A stretch of 60,000 bases of DNA. Origin: Amphiscolops sp. MND2022. Lineage: Eukaryota. Numbering within the stretch: position 1 is the first letter of the stretch; every line of letters begins with the position of its first letter. The notes under the pieces are model-generated. The model saw only the letters and a list, made by a program, of their open reading frames with translations. It was not told where the DNA came from and did no database searches. The translations under genes and the position numbers were made by a program. The stretch is from positions 47,060,001 through 47,120,000 of the forward strand of contig OZ076413.1 in NCBI GenBank assembly GCA_964187785.1, in the 5' to 3' direction. This document shows, piece by piece, positions 13,482 to 28,512 of this stretch.

Positions 13482-14379
13482 CCCGGGTTTCCCGACCCAT
13501 CATATTCTGACCATATTATGGCACCATGGAAATCATACAAATTTCCTTACTATAATCTTGCCATGATCGACCTGGAATCATATATGGTCCAGAGTATGAT
13601 TGGCCTGGAATCATATATGGTCCAGAGTATGATCGCCTGCAATCATATATGGTCCAGAGTATGGTCAGCCTGGAATCATATATTTTTGTTCCAAACGTGT
13701 GTTGCAACCAAAACAAAAATTTTCAAATATTGAGAACCGCCAGCTTTATAGGCTGAGGGCAATGGAGCCACATTTGACCTTTTGCATTTGCGAACGATAC
13801 ATTGCAGGTCAGAACTCCGTTAAGCTCTAACCGGAGTTAATGACAAACTATAGTAACTCAATTTGTTCTCAGCCACTCCTTTGTTGATAACTAACAGTTT
13901 TGTTATAGCAGTACCCACTTTGCAGTATGATTTTCGATTATTTCGAGAAAAAAAACTAATAATTCAGCAAAAGTTGCCCAAAATTGATGATTGCTACCTT
14001 GTTTTCAATTTTGTGATTGTATTGGACCTTTGGTTGAAAAATATCTTGTAATTTCATCAGTGTATGCGTTAATTGACTACATTATCCTAATTTTCTTTTT
14101 ATGGCTCCAGCCTGACCATACTCTGGGCCATAAAGATTTATGGTTCCAGCCAGATCGTAGACTGAACCATATATGGCCCAGAATATGCTCAAGTTGGAAC
14201 CATAAACTTTGCTTTTTTATGGTTACAGGCTGATCATAGACTGGACCGTATATGTCCAGAGTATGGTCAGCCTGGAACCATAAACATTTATGGTCCAGAG
14301 TATGATCAGCCTGGAATCATACTATGAGTATGATGGCAGAGTATGATTGATCTATTTTTCTATGGGAGGGAAACCCGGG
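13482..14379. mobile_element. MITE with cccgggtttccc terminal inverted repeats and internal ~30-bp tandem repeats
   Basis: cccgggtttcccgacccata at left, tatgggagggaaacccggg at right; ggtccagagtatgatc(a)gcctggaatcatatat repeats near both ends. Confidence 0.75.
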
Positions 14380-14899
14380 TGAAATTTTTCTTTTTTCTTC
14401 ACTTCAACAAGTGAAGTATGTTCCCTATTTGCCAACAATTCGACAAATCGAGAAGGGGGTCTAGAAGCATTTCAGCCGTGTCAACCGGCAGTTCTGAAAC
14501 ATGATCAACCTAAACATTTGTCCGAGTCAACAAGTGGTACAGATGGATTTGAATAGAAGTTTCCTTAAGTAGAAAAGGATTATCTAACCCTGTTTTCTCG
14601 AAAGATATCCGTATCATCTTTATCATCTACGTTAACATTAAACGATACGATTTAATTTCCTATCTAACCTTTTCCCTAATTTGTCCAACCCAACAAAACG
14701 CAATCGTTCAGATAATATACATTTTTTTCGGCAAGTGATACTATAAAATTGTGTCCAGAAAAGGATCTCCAACAGCTGCAAACCAATTTGGTTACATACA
14801 ACCAAAAGAAATCATCAAAGAAGAATCAGGCATACTACGATTGAAACTATCTAGAAGATCATACAAGCTTTGTTTTCGTCTATTATCGAACCAAGTAAT

Positions 14900-17800
14900 A
14901 GATTTACTACGGAAAAAACACAAACTACAACTTATACCCGAGAAGGGAAAACTGGCAAAAAACAACGAGAAATTTGAAGCACTCACTTCATTGGAAAAAA
15001 AGAAAGGAAAAATCAAAAAAACTCATACATTCACGAACGAAATCAACATTTGTATTCTAGACATGATGATAGAAACAGTCAACATTATTTAACGAAGCAA
15101 ACAGAAACTCAAACGGTAACGGCACGCTTCAACGAACGCAATACTCTCGCTCGAAACTAAAGATAAGATGACAATGTTTAGAAGAGACTATTTGCGGTTT
15201 CCATTTTACTGGGTACTGTTCGATGCCAACATTATTCCACACACAACCGTCACCTGTGTTCAGAGGTTTTGTTACCTGAAGACAACTCTGCAAGGAGAAC
15301 CATCATTACCATTCGCCAGCTAGGAAAATCCAGCAGCCAATTACAACTCAGCGTTACGTATCTTTGAAGACAGCGAGGGGTACAAATATCGCTTTATCCA
15401 AACACACTACAGAAATGTACCTTACTTGGACCCAGAGTGAGAAGGATATGCCTTCTCGGAAAAATTTTTTGCTCAGACAACCTGGAACTACACATACGTG
15501 GACTCGAAGCCCGAAACAGAAAAAGTTTACTCTGGAGATCTCTTGACTCTACGTCTACTGAACGTGCTGTCTCGAGATCTTAGAACATATGAAGCCAAAG
15601 ATCACAGACACTCGATGACAACATGGACACTCGATGACTTCCAAACAGTCCTCAACAGAGAACTACACGCCATAGAACAATGCAAAACCAAAGATGTAAG
15701 CTCAATGACAAACTGGCAACCCAATTCTTTAGCTGCATTTTACACCGACCAAACAAAAATCACCAAACCAACACAGTACTGAAAAAGGATGGGAAGACCT
15801 CTCAGGATAAAAGGAATCAGCAGCGGGACGTCATTTCTGTTGATCATCGCATTGCCAAGGAACGCATCGGCGAAAAGAAACAAGAAGGCACAGGAAATAC
15901 CACAGAGATACAATCAAGTTTTGCCAACGCCAAACAGAACGAGATCCTGAAGACATGTATGGCGAAGGTAGCAAATGGAAACAGTTCAGTGGAATAGCCG
16001 AACTATTAGACGACAGAATCGACCAAAATTTTTGCATTTTCCACTTAGCACAGAGATTTCAGCGACTTCCAAGATCATTTCAAAGACTCTACATTTCATC
16101 TCTTGGACCGGAATGCGCACCAGCCAAATGTTACAACATTAAATCCATGTCTTTGAGGACTGATGGAGGAAATGTTTAGCTGAAACCAATTGTTGTGCCC
16201 AAGCCCTATGCAACGAACGTCCTTCAGTACTACCGATACACAAAAGGACAAGCAAGTTTGAAGGACAAGCACATTGTGGGACCAGTCAACGATTGAAGAG
16301 AAAAACTACCCTCCGCATTGCCCTAAACTTTTATGACTCAGTGGTGAAAGATGGAATCATCCGACTAAAGGCAATAACGCATTAGTTGACGTGGAAACCA
16401 AAGACGGATATCTTGTCTGTGGTGACAAACACAATGCTCCACAGTGACAGTTACTTCAGAAGAGCGGAAAATCTTCTCATTGTTGTACAGAAAGAGCACA
16501 TCACGGAACCACAGCAGCTGCTCGAATGGATACCAGACGAGGCTGACGTTTGCCGAACACAAGATAATCCATTGGACGTTTTTCCACACACTTTAAATCA
16601 GAACAAGAGAATTGGACAAAAACAGCAACTCAGAATCACACGAATTTGAGCCTTTAGCAGTCTACCACAACAACGATAACAATTTTCTATCTCGAGCATT
16701 GTCTTTTAATCTCGCAGCAGTTCTGCAGCGCTATCTACAGGAATACATCGTGGAACACACATCAGTGGACATTGAAATGAACATACATGTTGGACAATCT
16801 CGTCACTGGAACCGACACAGAAGATACATCAATTGTTTTTCCCAAAAGAAACAGACAGATCTTTCAAGAAGCTTCAGAGATTTGCAAGTGGACTTCAAAC
16901 CACCCAAACATAATGAGTCCTGTAGATGAGCAACAAATTCCTGTGACACGAGAAACCCACGTCTTTGGACTACAATGGACCACCAAAGAAGAATCAGATC
17001 TCAGTGGAATTATTCTCGCAACAGTCGGAAGCCATTCGGCCAAAAGGAAAGTTTTTGGGCAATTTACTACACGTTTTTAATCTTTTGGATCAACAGCCCC
17101 ATCAAAACTCGAAACCAGACTGTTCTTGTTAGCTTTTGAAAACATTTTACATGAAACTATCAAAACAGAGGGAAACTTGCCTCTGTTTTGGCCCTTGTAA
17201 CAACATTTGTGAGATTAAGACTTTTGTCGATTACAGAGGAAAATCGCTAGAACCTCTTCGTGGCGTGGATTGAACGCTCTTAGCAAACACATCAGCTGCC
17301 TTCTTTTTTGGGGATCGTGGCTTTCCGAAGTCTTGCTTCAGCGTCACTAAAGAGTATACACGAAATCAAGTTGATGGCAATAGCCCTCGGCTCACAGCTG
17401 AAAAAATGTATAAAACTGATTCTTCAGCACCAGTCCATCGACACACCAGAAACAACATACGGGAGCAATTGACAAAATTGTCTGCCTCGACTCAAATCAA
17501 CAACGATACCATCAGTCGGAACCGCTTGAACATGATCAAGGACGACAAGTGTAGTTCATTTTTCATTCCAACGGATCTCAATCAAAGCCAAATAGCTGCG
17601 CGCATAAGTCAGGCGAAGAAATTCTGACTACATCTTTGAGGGTTCATCAATCATGAAAATAAGGGAGTTGAACACAACACATCAAGACCTATCTGAACCA
17701 TAGGAAAACTCAACTTTCATCTCTAGAAAGATAAACGATGTGTGAAACAAAAAGTCGAAAGAAAAAGTCTCGAAACAAAAAGTCAACAGATGGAGCACTA

Positions 17801-19000
17801 TAAGACACTTGTTCCGAAAGTACAGGGTCGTCCCCAAGGACACTTGTCACAGACCACACTCGACGCAAACCAGAATCACAGCAAAACAGCGTACACCCGA
17901 CAATGGTGACTTTATAGACAACTTAGACCAACTTGTTTCAACCAAAGAGACGACAGAGCATTCAGGAACTTCCAGCACTTTGACAACAGCCTAGTCCGCA
18001 AGCTTACGCCAAACACACATAAGAGCATTTAAACTCACATATTACGCATTGTAAATTGAAAAAAGTGATTTGGACTCACGTCTAGATTTTTCGTTTCCTG
18101 ACAACTTGAAACAAACACCTCACAGTGGCAGTAGGAACTCCAAAGTCGTGAAACAACTGCAAACTCGCTCGAACGGAAGGACCGTCAAGAACCATCAATC
18201 GCCGATACAAAGAAACTGCTTCTTCTCAAAATGTAAAATAAAGTAATCCAAGGTCTTCGTCTCTTCAAGTTTCAACCTGAGTCATCCGATGCCGAAGATG
18301 TCTTGAAAATGGCATTGATCAACCACTTTAACAGAAGGAGCCCATATTGAGCACTCAGGATCTTTTGCAAAACTTTTTGTTTAACAGTGTCGTGAGAGGG
18401 TTCTACACTCTGGAACCTAGCGTCAAATAAACATCAAACCCAGACAAACCACTGCTACCAAGCTGTCTCTTCAACTCAGCACCACATTGAGAACAGAGCA
18501 GTTTTCGCACCCTGGATTGCACGTGCAGTACACCCGAAACTTTTAACATCTAACAGACAACAATTTCTACTTGCACCCTGCCCTTTTTGTTGTATTGGAT
18601 AAAACACCTTTTTTCATTGCTTGAGATTCAGCAATTTTGGAAGATGACGCAGTACAACAACAATTCAGCAAGCATCAATTAAATTGGATGCACCTTGTCG
18701 GAAGATCACTAGCGAGTAAGGAATGTATGAAAGATTTGTCGGTTTTGCTGAAAATGTACTGAAGACCTTCTCCGGAATGTCTTCACCGACAAAAATTTTC
18801 CTGGAGGAAACACAGACCACAGTTAACAACAGACCTTCGTCATACACGGAAAGCAACACAACACCTTGTTCACTAACAGTTTTGAAAGCGTCGCATCTCG
18901 TCAATAGACGAATTTGTTCAACTTTACCACACCTTGAAGGACTCGAAGACGAACGTCATGGAGAAATACTTCGAACAAAAGCTGGCGAAATAAATTTTGC
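14900..19000 (+). pseudogene. Highly decayed BEL/Pao gag-pol (gag, RT, RNase H, integrase remnants)
   Basis: Fragments FWVLFDANI...QRFCYLKTTLQGE (DUF1759), H(V)-DNLVTG (YVDN-like), ICKWTSN, HVFGLQW, KRKVFG, ELMAIALG-like, IPTDLN, APC...GMYERFVG, VNNRPSSY in BEL order. Confidence 0.8.
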
Positions 19001-19139
19001 TTTACTTAACACAACTTCAGCAAATGTTTTGCAACAGACGGAAGTTTTTCTTCGGTACGCTGATAGAAGCGAACTGCGCATATGCATGCTCTCTTAACAA
19101 AAATGTTTTTCTGAAGTAACGTCTGGTGTTTTGCTGTAA

Positions 19140-22100
19140 ACTCTTACAAAAAGATCCTTGGATAAAATTTGAAATCAATGACCTAACGAAGGTCCTCGAA
19201 TGATCTTTGATCTCTAAGATGTTTAAAAGATCCTCAAATGCCCTTCGATATCGACTATTTTCCGAAGACCCATGAGTGATCTCTGCTCTCGAAAATCTTC
19301 CAAAGATCCTTGAACGGGCTTGCATCTCGAAGACTTTCCGAAGGTCATTGGATAGTTTTGAACTCTAAGATCTTTCGAAGATCCTCGAATGATCTTTGTT
19401 GACAAAGTTCCTTCGAGAATCCCTGAGCGACTTTTGATCGCGAAGATTTTTCGAACATCGTCGAATGACTTTTGCTTCCGACGATGTTCCAAAGACCTTT
19501 CGAGGACCATCGATCTCGAAGATATTCAGAAGATCCTTGAATGATCTTTGATTTCCGACGATCTTTGATTTTCCGATCGAAAGCTTTCCGATGGTCTTTG
19601 ATGGATCTTTTTTCTCGCCGATCTTGAAAGGTCATTGAATGGTCTTTGATGTCGATTATCTGAAGATCCTCGAATTATATCCGAAATATTAGATCTTCCG
19701 AAAGTCTTTGAAAAATCTTTGGCTTCAAAAATCTTCCGAAGATCCATGAATGACCTTTGATCATGAAGAACTTATGGATGTTTTTGAATGAGCTTTGATC
19801 TCAAAGATCTTCCGCCGATCGTTGACTGATCTGTATTATGGAAGATCTTCCAAAGATCCTTGAGTGTACTTTGACATCAAAGATCTTCAGAAGGACCCTC
19901 AGTGATCTTTGATCTCGAAGATTTTCCGAAGATCATTGAAAAATTTTTGAACTCTAAGAACTTCAGAAGGTCGTTGAACGATCATTCATCTCAAATATCT
20001 CGGAAATATACTCGAACGATGTTTGGTCTCGAAGAGTTTTCGAAAATTTTTGATCGTTGAACTCAAAAATCGTTCGAATATCATCGAAGGACCTTCGATC
20101 GTTGAGATCTTCGGGAGGTCCTTGAATGACCTTTGATCTCGAAGATCTTCCGATGATACTTGAATGAAATTTGATCTCGAAGATCTTCCGAAGTTTCTAG
20201 GATGACGTTTGTTCTCGAAGATCTTCCAAAGATCTTTGATCTCGAAGATCTTCTGAAGATCCTTGAATGTTCCTTGGTTTTGAAGATTTTCCGAAGGTCC
20301 TTGAATTATCCTCGATCTCCAAGTTCTTCCGAAGATAGTCAAAATTTGTTGATTCTCGAATTACGCCCGAATTATTAGATCTTCCGAAAGTCTTTGAAAT
20401 ATCTTTGGCTTCAAAAATCTTCCGAAGATCTATGAATGACCTTTGATCATGAAGAACTTCGGAATGTTTTTGAATGAGCTTTGATCTCAAAGATCTTCCG
20501 CAGATCGTTGACTGATCTGTATTATAAAAAACTTTCCAAAGATCCTTGAGTGTACATTGACATCAAAGATTTTCAGAAGGACCCTCAGTGATCTTTGATC
20601 TCGAAGATCTTTCGAAGATCCTTGGAAAATCTTTGACCTCTAAGAACATCAGAAGGTTGTTGAACGATGATTCATCTCAAATATCTCGGGAATATCCTCC
20701 AACGATGTTTGTTCTCGAAGAGTTTTCGAAAATCTTTGATCGTTGACCTCAAAAATCGTTCGAATATCATCGAAGAACCTTCGATTGTTAAGATCTTCGG
20801 TAGGTTCTTGAATGACCTTTGATCTCGAAGATCTTTCGATGAGATTTGAATGAAATTTGATCTCGAAGATCTTCCGAAGTTTCTAGGATGACGTTTGTTC
20901 TCGAAGATCTTCCGAAGATCTTTGATCTCGAAGATCTTCTGAAGATCCTTGAATGTTCCTTGGTTTTGAAGATCTTCCGAAGGTCCTTGAATTATCTTCG
21001 GTCTCGAAGTTCTTCCGAAGATAGTCAAAAAAGTGTTGATTCTCGAATTATGTCCGAATTATTAGATCTTCCGGAAGTCTTTGAAATATCTTTGGATTCA
21101 AAAATCTTCCGAAGATCCATGAATGACATTGGATCATGAAGGACTTCGGGATCTTTTTGAATCAGCTTTGATCTCAAAGATCTCCCGCAGATCGTTGACT
21201 GATATGTATTATGAAAGATCTTCCAAAGATCCTTGAGTGTACATTGACATCAAAGATCTTCAGAAGGACCCTCAGTGATCTTTGATCTCGAAGATTTTCC
21301 GAAGATCATTGAAAAATTTTTGAACTCTAAGAACTTCAGAAGGTCGTTGAACGATCATTCATCTCAAATATCTCGGAAATATACTCGAACGATGTTTGGT
21401 CTCGAAGAGTTTTCGAAAATTTTTGATCGTTGAACTCAAAAATCGTTCGAATATCATCGAAGGACCTTCGATCGTTGAGATCTTCGGGAGGTCCTTGAAT
21501 GACCTTTGATCTCGAAGATCTTCCGATGATACTTGAATGAAATTTGATCTCGAAGATCTTCCGAAGTTTCTAGGATGACGTTTGTTCTCGAAGATCTTCC
21601 AAAGATCTTTGATCTCGAAGATCTTCTGAAGATCCTTGAATGTTCCTTGGTTTTGAAGATTTTCCGAAGGTCCTTGAATTATCCTCGATCTCCAAGTTCT
21701 TCCGAAGATAGTCAAAATTTGTTGATTCTCGAATTACGCCCGAATTATTAGATCTTCCGAAAGTCTTTGAAATATCTTTGGCTTCAAAAATCTTCCGAAG
21801 ATCTATGAATGACCTTTGATCATGAAGAACTTCGGAATGTTTTTGAATGAGCTTTGATCTCAAAGATCTTCCGCAGATCGTTGACTGATCTGTATTATAA
21901 AAAACTTTCCAAAGATCCTTGAGTGTACATTGACATCAAAGATTTTCAGAAGGACCCTCAGTGATCTTTGATCTCGAAGATCTTTCGAAGATCCTTGGAA
22001 AATCTTTGACCTCTAAGAACATCAGAAGGTTGTTGAACGATGATTCATCTCAAATATCTCGGGAATATCCTCCAACGATGTTTGTTCTCGAAGAGTTTTC

Positions 22101-25100
22101 GAAAATCTTTGATCGTTGACCTCAAAAATCGTTCGAATATCATCGAAGAACCTTCGATTGTTAAGATCTTCGGTAGGTTCTTGAATGACCTTTGATCTCG
22201 AAGATCTTTCGATGAGATTTGAATGAAATTTGATCTCGAAGATCTTCCGAAGTTTCTAGGATGACGTTTGTTCTCGAAGATCTTCCGAAGATCTTTGATC
22301 TCGAAGATCTTCTGAAGATCCTTGAATGTTCCTTGGTTTTGAAGATCTTCCGAAGGTCCTTGAATTATCTTCGGTCTCGAAGTTCTTCCGAAGATAGTCA
22401 AAAAAGTGTTGATTCTCGAATTATGTCCGAATTATTAGATCTTCCGGAAGTCTTTGAAATATCTTTGGATTCAAAAATCTTCCGAAGATCCATGAATGAC
22501 ATTGGATCATGAAGGACTTCGGGATCTTTTTGAATCAGCTTTGATCTCAAAGATCTCCCGCAGATCGTTGACTGATCTGTATTATGAAAGATCTTCCAAA
22601 GATCCTTGAGTGTACATTGACATCAAAGATCTTCAGAAGGACCCTCAGTGATCTTTGATCTCGAAGATCTTTCGAAGATCCTTGGAAAATTTTGACCTCT
22701 AAGAACTTCAGAAGGTTGTTGAACGATCCTTCATCTCAAATATCTTGGGAATATCCTTCAACGATGTTTGATCTCGAAGAGTTTTCGAAAATCTTTGATC
22801 GTTGACCTCAAAAATGTTTCGAAGATCATCGAAGGACCTTCGATCGTTAAGATCTTCGGGAGGTCCTTGAATGACCTTTGATCTCGAAGTTCTTTCGATG
22901 ATACTCGAATGAAATTTGATCTCGAAGATCTTCCGAAGTCTCTAGGATGACGTTTGTTCTCGAAGATCTTCCAAAGATCTTTGATCTCGAAGATCTTCTG
23001 AAGATCCCTGAATGTTCCTTGGTTTTGAAGATCTTCCGAAGGTCCTTGAATTATCCTCGATCTCGAAGTTCTTCCGAAGATAGTCAAAAGATTGTTGATC
23101 CTCGAAATATGTCCGAACTATTAGATCTTCCGAAAGTCTTTGTAATTACTTTGGATTCAAAAATTTTCCAAAGATCCATGAATGACCTTTGATCATGAAG
23201 AACTTCGGGATGTTTTTGAATGAGCTTTGATCTCAAAGATCTTCCGCAGATCGTTGACTGATCTGTTTCATGAAAGATCTTCCAAAGATCCTTGGGTGTA
23301 CTTTGACATCAAAGTTCTTCAGAAGGACCCTCGGTGATCTTTGATCTCGAAGATTTTCTGAAGATCATTGAAAAATCTTCGACCTCTAAGAACTTCCGAA
23401 GGTTGTTGAACGATCATTCATCTCAAATATCTCGGGAATATCCTCGAACGATGTTTGATCTCGAAAAATTTTCGAAAATCTTTGATCGTTGACCTCAAAA
23501 ATCTTTCGAAGATCATCGAAAGACATTCGATCGTTAAGATCTTTAGGAGGTCCTTGAATGACATTTGATCTCGAAGATCTTCCGATGGTACTTGAATGAA
23601 ATTTGATCTCGAAGATCTTCCGAAGTTTCTAGGATGACGTTTGTTCTCGAAGATCTTCCGAGGATCTTTGATCTCGAAGATCTTCTGAAGATCCTTGAAT
23701 GTTCCTTGGTTTTGGAGATCTTCCGAAGGTGCTTGAATTATACTTGATCTCGAAGTTCTTCCGAAGATAGTCGAAAGATTGTTGATCCTCGATTTATGTC
23801 CGAATTATTAAATCTTCCGAAAGTCTTTGAAATATCTTTGGCTTCAAAAATCTTCCGAAGATCCAATTATGACCTTTGACCATGAAGCACTTCGGGATGT
23901 TTTTGAATGAGCTTTGATCTCAAAGATCTTCCGCAGATCGTTGACTGATCTGTATTATAAAAAATCTTCCGAAGATCCCTGAGTGTACTTTGACATCAAA
24001 GATCTTTAGAAGGACCCTCAGTGATCTTTGATCACGAAGATTTTTCCAAGATCCTTGGAAAATCTTTCACCTCTAAAAACTTCAGAAGGTTGTTGAACGA
24101 TCATTCATCTCAAATATCTCGGGAATATCCTCGAACGATGTTTGATCTCGAAGAGTTTTCGAAAATCTTTGATCGTTGACCTCAAAAATTTTTCGAAGAT
24201 CATCGAAGGATCTTCGATCGTTAAGATCTTCGGGAGGTCCTTGAATGACCTTTGATCTCGAAGATCTTTCGATGATACTTGAATGAAATTTGATCTCGAA
24301 GATCTTCCGAAGTTTCTAGGATGACGTTTGTTCTCGAAGATCTTCCGCAGATCTTTGATCTCGAAGATCTTCTGAAGATCCTTGAATGTTCCTTGGTTTT
24401 GAAGATCTTCCGAAGGTCCTTGAATTATCCTCGATCTCGAAGTTCTTCCGAAGATAGTCAAAAAATTGTTGATCCTCGAATTATGTCCGAAATATTAGAT
24501 CTTCCGAAAGTCTTTGAAATATCTTTGGCTTCAAAATTCTTCCGAAGATCCATTAATGACCTTTGACCATGAAGCACTTCGGGATGTTTTTGAATGAGCT
24601 TTGATCTCAAAGATCTTCCGCAGATCGTTGACTGATCTGTATTATAAAAAATCTTCCGAAGATCCCTGAGTGTACTTTGACATCAAAGATCTTTAGAAGG
24701 ACCCTCAGTGATCTTTGATCACGAAGATTTTTCCAAGATCCTTGGAAAATCTTTCACCTCTAAAAACTTCAGAAGGTTGTTGAACGATCATTCATCTCAA
24801 ATATCTCGGGAATATCCTCGAACGATGTTTGATCTCGAAGAGTTTTCGAAAATCTTTGATTGTTGACCTCAAAAATTTTTCGAAGATCATCGAAGGATCT
24901 TCGATCGTTAAGATCTTCGGGAGGTCCTTGAATGACCTTTGATCTCGAAGATCTTTCGATGATACTTGAATGAAATTTGATCTCGAAGATCTTCCGAAGT
25001 TTCTAGGATGACGTTTGTTCTCGAAGATCTTCCGCAGATCTTTGATCTCGAAGATCTTCTGAAGATCCTTGAATGTTCCTTGGTTTTGAAGATCTTCCGA

Positions 25101-27420
25101 AGGTCCTTGAATTATCCTCGATCTGGAAGTTCTTCCGAAGATAGTCAAAAAATTGTTGATCCTCGAATTATGTCCGAATTATTAGATCTTCCGAAAATCT
25201 TTGAAATATCTTTGGCTTCAAAAATCTTCCGAAGATCTATGAATGACCTTTGATCATGAAGAACTTCGGAATGTTTTTGAATGAGCTTTGATCTCAAAGG
25301 TCTTCCGCAGATCGTTGACTGATCTGTATTATAAAAAATCTTCCGAAGATCCTTGAGTGTACTTTGACATCAAAGATCTTCAGAAGGACCCTCAGTGACT
25401 ATTGATCCCGAAGATCTTCCAATGACCCTTGAAAAATTTTTGACCTCTAAGAACTTCAGAAGGTTGTTGAACGATCATTCATCTCAAATATCTCGGGAAT
25501 ATCCTCGAACGATGTTTGATCTCGAAGAGTTTTCGAAAACCTTTGATCGTTGACCTCAAAAATTTTTCGAAGATCATCGAAGGACCTCCGATCGTTAAGA
25601 TCTTTAGGAGACTTGAATGACATTTGATCTCGAAGATCTTCCGATGGTACTTGAATGAAATTTGATCTCGAGGATCTTCCGAAGTTTCTAGGATGACGTT
25701 TGTTCTCGAAGATCTTCCGCAGATCTTTGATCTCGAAGATCTTCTGAAGATCCTTGAATGTTCCTTGGTTTTGAAGATCTTCCGAAGGTCCTTGAATTAT
25801 CCTCGATCTCGAAGTTCTTCCGAAGATGGTCAAAAAATTGTTGATCCTCGAATTATGTCCGAATTATTAGATCTTCCGAAAGCCTTTGAAATATCTTTGG
25901 CTCCAAAAATCTTCCGAAGATCTATGAATGACCTTTGATCATGAAGAACTTCGGAATGTTTTTGAATGAGCTTTGATCTCAAAGGTCTTCCGCAGATCGT
26001 TGACTGATCTGTAATATAAAAAATCTTCCGAAGATCCTTGAGTGTACTTTGACATCAAAGATCTTCAGAAGGACCCTCAGTGACCTTTGATCCCGAAGAT
26101 CTTCCAATGACCCTTGAAAAATCTTTGACCTCTAAGAACTTCAGAAGGTTGTTGAACGATCATTCATCTCAAATATCTCGGGAATATCCTCGAACGATGT
26201 TTGATCTCGAAGAGTTTTCGAAAACCTTTGATCGTTGACCTCAAAAATCTTTCGAAGATCATCGAAGGACCTTCGATCGTTAAGATCTTCGGGAGGTCTT
26301 CGAATGACCTTTGATATCGAAGATCTTTCGATGAGATTTGAATGAAATTTGATCTCGAAGATCTTCCGAAGTTTCTAGGATGACTTTTGCATTCGAAGAT
26401 CTTCCGAAGATCTTTGATCTCGAAGATCTTCTGAAGATCCTTGAATGTTCCTTGGTTTTGAAGTTCTTCCGAAAGTCCTTGAATTATCCTCGATCTCGAA
26501 GTTCTTCCGAAGATAGTCAAAAAATTGTTGATCTTCGAAATATGTCCGAACTATTAGATCTTCCGAAAGTCTTTGAAATATCTTTGGCTTCAAAAATCTT
26601 CCGAAGGTCTATGAATGATCTTTGATCATGAAGAACTTCGGAATGTTTTTGAATGAGCTTTGATCTCAAAGATCTTCCGCAGATCATTGACTGATCTGTA
26701 TTATAAAAAACCTTCCGAAGATCCTTGAGTGTACTTTGACATCAAAGGTCTTCAGAAGGACCCTCAGTGATCTTTGATCCCGAAGATCTTCCGAAGGTCC
26801 TTGAAAAATCTTTGACCTCTAAAAACTTCAGAAGGTTGTTGAACGATCAATCATCTCAAATATCTCGGGAATAACCTCGAACGATGTTTGATCTCGAAGA
26901 TCTTCTGAAGATACCAAAATGTTCCTTGGTTTTGAAGATCTTCCGATGATCATTGAAATATCCGCGATCTCGAAGTTCTTCCGAAGGTAGTCGAACGATT
27001 GTTGATTCTCGAATTATGTCCGAATTATTAGTTCTTCCCAAAGTCTTTGAAAAATTATGGCTTCAAAAATCTTCCGAAGATTCATGAATAACCTTTGATC
27101 ATGAAGAACTTCCGATGATACTTGAATGAAATTTGATCTCGAAGATCTTCCGAAGTTTCTATGTTGACGTTTGTTCTCGAAGATTTTCCGAAGATCTTTG
27201 ACCTCGAAGATCTGAAGATCCTTGAATGTTCCTATGTTTTGAAGATCTTCCGAAGGTCCTTGATTTATCCTTGATCTCGAAGATCTTCCGAAGATAATCG
27301 AAAGATTGCTGATCTCGAAGTTTTTCCGAAGATCCTTGAATGATCTTTGATTTCCAAGGAATTTCGAATGTCTTCAATTGACCTTTGATATCGAAGATTT
27401 TTCGTAGATCCTTTAATCAC
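19140..27420. repeat. Satellite array: ~38-bp monomer (gaagatcttccgaagatccttgaatgatctttgatctc-like) organised in ~11 units of 686-687 bp
   Basis: Spurious ORFs recur at 19986, 20672, 21359, 22045, 24105, 24792, 26164; edges are more diverged. Confidence 0.97.
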
Positions 27421-28173
27421 AACTTCACTGGTATTTGTTTAAATTTGATATTAGCAGCCATGTCAGTTAATTGGCTTTCAACGTCATTTGATCTTTTTTT
27501 CTCAAGCTCAGTTTTGAAAATATCGAATTTGATCGACGGCCATTTCTCAGAAGTATCTGTCGATTGGCATACAAATTGTTACGTAATATGCTGTCAATGT
27601 TGATCAGCTCTCGGCTTTAACGTACCAAAGCTGCCGAGACAAACAAAAGTATCTCTATTTAAAATAGGATTGTGATCATTAATATTTTTATTATCAATAA
27701 TAGGGCTTTGTGGATTTGTGACAGGAAGAAGCTCATGTAAATAAATAAAGGGATCAGCGCAACATGGTCCACATTGGCACACAAAAATCCAAGTACACGG
27801 ACTGTTAACTGCCCAGTAATGTTCAAGATACATCCACATCATTTTAAGCAGTTTCTGTTTCATGTTTAGTGGGCTGAAGAAATCAAGGTGCCTCTATTAC
27901 ATTGCTTCTAAATGGGTACCAGGAGTTTTTGCGTTGCGTTTCGTAAAATGTCGGCAATAGGATTCTTGTCGGTAAGGTCAACTGCATATTAACCGTTGTT
28001 GATGTTACTCTACGAAAAGAAATTTCAGAACTTTGTAAAATAAACTGATATATTTAAAGAGGTTAGCATAATTGTTGTATGGCTCGGTCGCTTCGCTCCC
28101 TTCGCCAAGTAGCAACATTGAGGCATGGCCATATGGAACGTCGCTCCCCTTCGCTTCGCTCCTGCATTCAGGG

Positions 28174-28512
28174 GGGTGGCTGTAAATAGGTCGAATTTTT
28201 CTGGTCGAAAGGACAGATGTCGAACCTTTTGATCGAATTGCAGGGATCGAATGGAATTCGGTCGAATTTTATCGTATTTGTTGTATGGCTCGGTCGCTTC
28301 GCTCCCTTCGCCAAGTAGCAACATTGAGGCATGGCCATATGGCACGTCGTTTCGCTCCTGCATTCAGGGCACTAGGGGTATGTGAACATATCTGACTACG
28401 TTATAAAATTTTCGATCCGAGTTGTTTCGATCCCATTCAAAAATTTGATATGTCCACCTGAGGACTAACTCTGATTTTCGATCCCGTTCCTTCGACCTAT
28501 TTCCGCCCACCC
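28174..28512. mobile_element. MULE-like MITE (GGTCGAA-repeat type) nested in a copy of itself
   Basis: TIRs gggtggctgtaaataggtcgaa / ttcgacctatttccgcccaccc; 9-bp TSD cattcaggg (28165-28173) / caatcaggg (28513-28521); host copy right end at ~28664. Confidence 0.75.

Noticed and set aside
19986..27377. Many 70-125-aa ORFs on both strands
   Set aside because: By-products of the satellite; the 38-bp monomer is not a multiple of 3 and frames break in every unit
19140..27420. CRISPR-like array
   Set aside because: No unique spacers, no cas genes, eukaryotic context
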